64,000 bases of DNA from Malacoraja senta. Lineage: Eukaryota. Of the stretch, positions 58,330 through 64,000 are shown one piece after another (position 1 is the stretch's first letter; the number at the start of each line of letters is the position of its first letter). Location of the stretch: NCBI GenBank assembly GCA_038087875.1, contig CM075994.1, positions 806,001-870,000 on the forward strand, read 5' to 3'. Position numbers and translations under genes: made by a program. The notes beneath the pieces are model-generated. The model did no database searches. It was not told the DNA's origin and saw only the letters and a program-made list of their open reading frames with translations.

Positions 58330-58895
58330 ACTTCTACAGATACACCGTAGAAAGATGTATCTCAGCTTGGTTTGGGAACAGCTCTGTCCACGACCGCAAG
58401 AAATTGCAGCGAATTGTGGATGCAGCCCAGACTATCACAGAAACCAACCTCCCTTCCATTGACTCCATCTGCACCTCAGAGTGCCTCGGCAAGGCCAGCA
58501 GCATAATCAAGGACGAATCACACTCTGGGCATTTCCTCTTCTCCCCTCTCCCATCAGGCAAAAGGTATAGGTGTGAAAACTGGCAACTGAACCAGCCCCC
58601 CTCCCCTTCCCTCCACGCTCACTCTCTCTCCATACTCCCCCCTCCATTTCCCTCAGGTAACTGAATCATCCTACCACAACTAGAGAACTACTATCTACCT
58701 CATTGGTGACCTGTGGACTATTTTTGAATTTGCTGGCTTTACCTTGCACTGAATGTTATTACCTTATCATGTATCTATACACTGTAAATGGCTCGATTAT
58801 AATCATGTATTGTCTTTCTGCTGACTGGTTAGCATGCAACAAAAGCTTTTCACTGTACCTCAGTAAATAAACTGACAATAAACTAAACTGAACAC
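58330..58895 (+). mobile_element. Rex1-like LINE 3' fragment
   Basis: AWFGNSS..DRKKLQRIVDAAQTIT..LPSI..HFLFSPLPSGKRYR plus a 3' UTR. Confidence 0.8.
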
Positions 58896-58947
58896 TCTGT
58901 ATCTTCCCCTTTGCACCACATTCAGATGGGGCGGTACAGTGACGCTT

Positions 58948-59470
<523 letters not shown>

Positions 59471-59482
59471 GCCTTACTGTGG

Positions 59483-59765
59483 CAGAGACCCAGGTTCCAT
59501 CCTGACCTCGGGTGCTGTATATATGTGTGGAATTTGTACTTTCTCCCCGTGACTGCGTGGGTTTCCTCCAGGTGCTCTGGTTTCACCCCCATCCCAAAAT
59601 CGTTTGGGTTTATAGGTTAATCGGCCCTCTGTAAATTCCCTCCAGTGAGTAGGGAATGGATGAGAAAGTGGGATAATGTGGAACTAGTGTGTGAATCTGT
59701 GATCGATGATCGGCGTGGACTCGGTGGGCCGAAGGGCCTGTTTTCCTGCTGTACCTTCCAAACTA
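59483..59765 (+). mobile_element. tRNA-derived SINE, 5'-truncated
   Basis: agagacccaggttccatcctgacctcgggtgctg ... gtgggccgaagggcctgtt. Confidence 0.75.
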
Positions 59766-61007
59766 ATTCGATCAACCGACCAAAAAGCTTTACACTGTAT
59801 CCTGGTGTAGAGGCCGCAATAAACCTGAAGGTAAACCCAAAATGTTACAGGAAGCAGAGGCTTCAGAGACTTGAGTCAGTGCTTACCAATAAAAATATAG
59901 TCATCGCCATCGCTTTCAGTGGTTCCTTGTGATCAGATGGTATCATGTATTGAAGGAAAAATGACAACAAAAAAAGGCAGGTTATTCCATCTTTTGAAAT
60001 ATCAGTTGAAGTTTAGGGCAGGTTGATCATGAGGGAGCTTTAGGATGAGGAATGAATTGAGAGGAGTTCTAGACTTACAGAGTGACAGGTATTCTTCTCA
60101 AACTGGGCTTTTAATAGTATACTAGACTAAGTAGATAAAAATACTAGACTAAGTGGGACCCGTTGGGTTCCAGTCACACGGGAAGCCTGGTCCCCCAACG
60201 CAACCCATTCCCCAACACAATATTCCACCACTCATCTGTTCCCCCAACGAAACCCGTTCCCCCAACGAAACCCGTTCCACCACTCACCCATAGATCCTAA
60301 CTGCGCAGGCGCGGCTCGTTTTCCCTGAATATCCAGTTTCAGGAACAGCTTCTCCCGACAGCCATCAGGCTATCACCAATACAACCTCCAAATATTCTCT
60401 GGACTACATAGACTCGCTGGCATTGGTTTTGTCTTTTTCAACTATTATTGTTTGTTTGTTTTTATGTGTATGTACGTGGGTGTGTTCGTCGATAGGACTA
60501 ATCCTTAGAGTGCAGGAGGGTGAGGGGTGATCTTATAGAGATGTATAAAATCATGAGAGGAATAGATTGGGTGAACGCACAGAATCTCTGTGATTCTGTG
60601 ACTCTAACACTCTGTGGCTCTATGGCTCTAGGTATCTGACTGACTCTATGACTACGACTGTGACCACGGAAGTGTCCAGAGAGGACCCAGCGGCATTAGT
60701 GGACAATGGCGCCAACCGACGGATGAGGACAGAACACGTGGAAGTGAGGACGCCGCTGCTGGGAGAAGGAACAAAGGAGGACCCGGCATAGGGCGACCGC
60801 CGTGAGGGAGGGGGAAGAACAATGGGGACCCGGCGTGGGGGGACCGCGGTGAGGTGGGGGGAGGAGGCGGGTGGTGAAGTGCAAAGGGGGACCTGGCAAG
60901 GGGGATTTGTAAATTTATAAGCGCCCTTCATAGACTACTATTTGCATTCCTTTGCAAAGTATGCAAGCAAAGAATTTCATTGTGACCTCACATTTGACAA
61001 TCAAGTC

Positions 61008-61410
<403 letters not shown>

Positions 61411-61414
61411 ACTC

Positions 61415-62452
61415 CATGACTCTATAGAGTCATCATCATAGAGTGATACAGTGTGGAATCAGGCCCTTCGCCTCAACTTGCCCACAGCGGCCAACAATGT
61501 CCCAGCTACACTAGTACCACCTGCCCGAGTTTGGTCCATATTACTCCAAACCTGTCCTCTCCATGTACCTGTCCAACTGCTTCTTAAACATTGGGATAGT
61601 CCCAGCCTCAGCTACCTCCTCTGGCAGCTTGTTCCATACACCCACCACCCTCTGTATGAAAAGATTACTCCTCGGATTCCTTTTATATATTTTCCCCTTC
61701 ATCTTGAACCTGTGTCCTCTGGTCCTCGTCTGTACATCTAACCCGATCTATGCCTATCAAAATACTATGTGCACTCTGTGCATCTACCCGATCTGTTCTA
61801 ACTAAACACTAGGGCCTGTTTCTGCGCTGTATCTCTAAACTAAACTAAGCATGTCCTATCCATGTACCTGTCTAACTGCTTCTGAAATGTTGTGACAGTC
61901 CCAGTCTCAACTATTTCCTCGGGCAGCTTATACCCAATCTATTGCTCTCATGATTTTGTACACCTCTATAAGATCACCCCTCAACCTCCTGCGCTCCATG
62001 GAATAGAGACACAGCCTACTCAACCTCTCCCCTTAGCTCACACCCTCTAATCCTGGCAACATCCTCGTAAATCTTTTCTGACCCCTTTCAAAGTTGACAA
62101 TATCTTTCCTATAATATGGTTACAGAACTGAACACAATATTCTATATGGCGTCTCACCAACGTCTTATACAACTGCAACATGACCTCACAACTTCCATAC
62201 TCAATACTAGGACTGATTAAAGCCAAAGTGCCAAAAGCCTTTTTGACCACCTTATCTACCTGCGACTCGACCTTCAAGGAACCATGTGCCTGCACTCCTA
62301 GATCCCTCTGCTCTACAACACTACCCAGAGGCCTAATGTTCACTGTGTGCATCCTGCCCTTTTTCGATACCCCAAAATACAACACCTCACACTTCTCTGT
62401 ATTAAATTCCGTCAACCATTCCTCTGCCGACCTGGCCAATCGATCCAGATCC
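61415..62452 (-). mobile_element. CR1 fragments (RT C-terminus and 3' UTR), nested
   Basis: FNTEKCEVL..RDLGV..KKAFGTLALI..YKTLVRRHIEYCVQF on the minus strand; CR1 3' UTR at 61430-61730. Confidence 0.8.
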
Positions 62453-62639
62453 TATATGACTATGGCCCTATGAATACATGAATCTATGACTGGATTTCCC
62501 CTGCTCAAGGAAAAATTCTCTGCAAATTCCTTGTTGCACTTGGAGAATTTGTCTTGGAACTGAGAAAAATGGCTTTGTTGCTGGGTCCGAGGCCCCATCC
62601 CTCTTCCCTCACATCTGCTCACATGGAATTGTCAAAAAT

Positions 62640-63015
62640 AGCAAAACACAAGGTGCTGGAGACAGCAGCTGTGGAGGGAATGGCCAGGTGATGTTTTGTG
62701 TCAAGAGATCGACTCAAAATGCTGGAGTAACTCAGCGGGACGGGCAGCATCTCGGGAGAGAAGGTTGTGTGTGACGTTTCAGGTCGGTACCCTTCGACAA
62801 ACTGAGAGTGAGGGGAGAGGGAGACACAGAGATATGGAAGGGTAAGGTGTGAAAATTACAGATCAAGCGCGACGATGAGCAAGGAAACATTGAATGGTTC
62901 ATTGTTAGCTGAGGGGAAGGTGACAACATTACGTACAATCAGTAAAATTAATCAAGAGGAATGTGAAACTAGTTGGAGAACTAAGATGCAGAGGGATGGA
63001 GAGAGAGGGCAAACA
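62640..63015 (-). mobile_element. Penelope-like terminal fragment
   Basis: Same family as the intron-2 segment (aaaatgctggagtaactcagcgggac..gtgacgtttc). Confidence 0.6.
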
Positions 63016-63164
63016 AGGTGTCAAATGGGATAGTCGAGGACGAAGTTAAAGGGAAAGAGAGTAAAGGGATAGTTAATGACTCCAGAATTAGCGGGAAAGG
63101 AAGCTCACAAAGGGATAGGAGAGTATGGCCAAGTGTAATAGGGATCGATGTGAAAGGTGAGATG

Positions 63165-64000
63165 CTTAAAGAATTAAAGGTATTGCATTTGAATGCGAGA
63201 AGTATAAGAAGTAAAGTAGATGAGCTTGAGGCTCAGTTAGAGGTTGGTAGATACGACATTGTGGTGGTTACTGAGACGTGGCTGCAGGAGGATCGGGCCT
63301 GGGAAATTAATATTCAGGGTTATACATCCTATAGAAAGGACAGGCAGGTGGGCAGAGGACGGGGGGGGTAGATATGCTGGTGAGGGATGGAATTCAGTCC
63401 CTTGCGAGGGAAGACATAGGGACTGACGAGGTAGATTCACTGTGGATTGAGTTGAGGAATTGTAAAGGCAAGAAGACACCAATTGGTGTTATCTACAGAC
63501 CCCTAAATAGTAGCCCTAAATAGACCCCTAAATAGTGTAAGTTGCAGCAGGAGTTAAAACTGGCATGTAACAAATGTAATGCCACTGTGGTGATGGGGGA
63601 TTTCAATATGCAGGTAGACTGGGAAAACCAGGTTGGTTCAGGACCCCAAGAAAGAGAGTTTGTAGAATGCCTCCGAGATGGATTCTTAGAGCAGCTTGTA
63701 ATGGAGCCGACCAGAGAAAGGCAATTCTGGATTTAGTGTTGTCCAATGAACCAGATATGATAAGAGAACTCGAGGTAAAGTAACCGCTTGGAGGTAGTGA
63801 TCAAAATATGATTAGCTTTAATCTGCAAAAGGAGAACGTTAAATCGGAAGTGGCAGTGATGCAGTTGAACAAAGGGGACTATGAAGGCATGAGAGCGGAG
63901 CTGGCCAAAGTAGACTGGAAAGGGATCCTAGCAGGAATAACGGTGGAACAGCAATGGCAGGTATTTCTGGGCATAATCCAGGAGACGCAGGATCATTTTA
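63165..64000 (+). mobile_element. CR1 LINE ORF2 APE endonuclease region, decayed, runs off the right edge
   Basis: LNARSIRSKVDEL, VTETWL, YRKDR, GVIYRP, VMGDFN, FLEQLVMEPTRE and GGSDQ, with frameshifts and a stop. Confidence 0.88.

Overview
Repeat-rich vertebrate genomic DNA. The CR1, Penelope-like, Rex1 and tRNA-SINE repertoire and the receptor family suggest a cartilaginous fish (skate or ray), by inference. Positions 1-54030 form a segmental array of an ~8-kb unit. Each unit carries a three-coding-exon class A GPCR of the GPR139/GPR142-like family (exons 64+136+790 nt, 329 aa). Five copies are visible: A (minus strand, nonsense in exon 2), B (exon 1 not in the assembled sequence, rest open), C and D (intact), and E (two nonsense codons). 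The upstream flank of a probable sixth unit runs off the left edge. A 200-N gap at 10898-11097 separates the minus-oriented units from the plus-oriented ones. C and D share a ~3-kb Rex1/Babar-type LINE ~195 bp upstream of the ATG. A full-length 6.6-kb L1-clade LINE with a 15-bp target-site duplication (TSD) lies downstream of D. Positions 54030-64000 are intergenic: SINEs, CR1/Rex1/Penelope fragments and microsatellites. The most notable observations are: (1) a probably gained intron flanked by an 8-bp TCAGGTAC direct repeat; (2) a burst of amino-acid changes in ECL2/TM5 between paralogues; (3) duplicated, co-varying hairpins in the L1 inter-ORF spacer; (4) minimal hammerhead-like motifs in the introns; (5) a possible contig mis-orientation at the gap. 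All family assignments come from motif recognition, not database searches.
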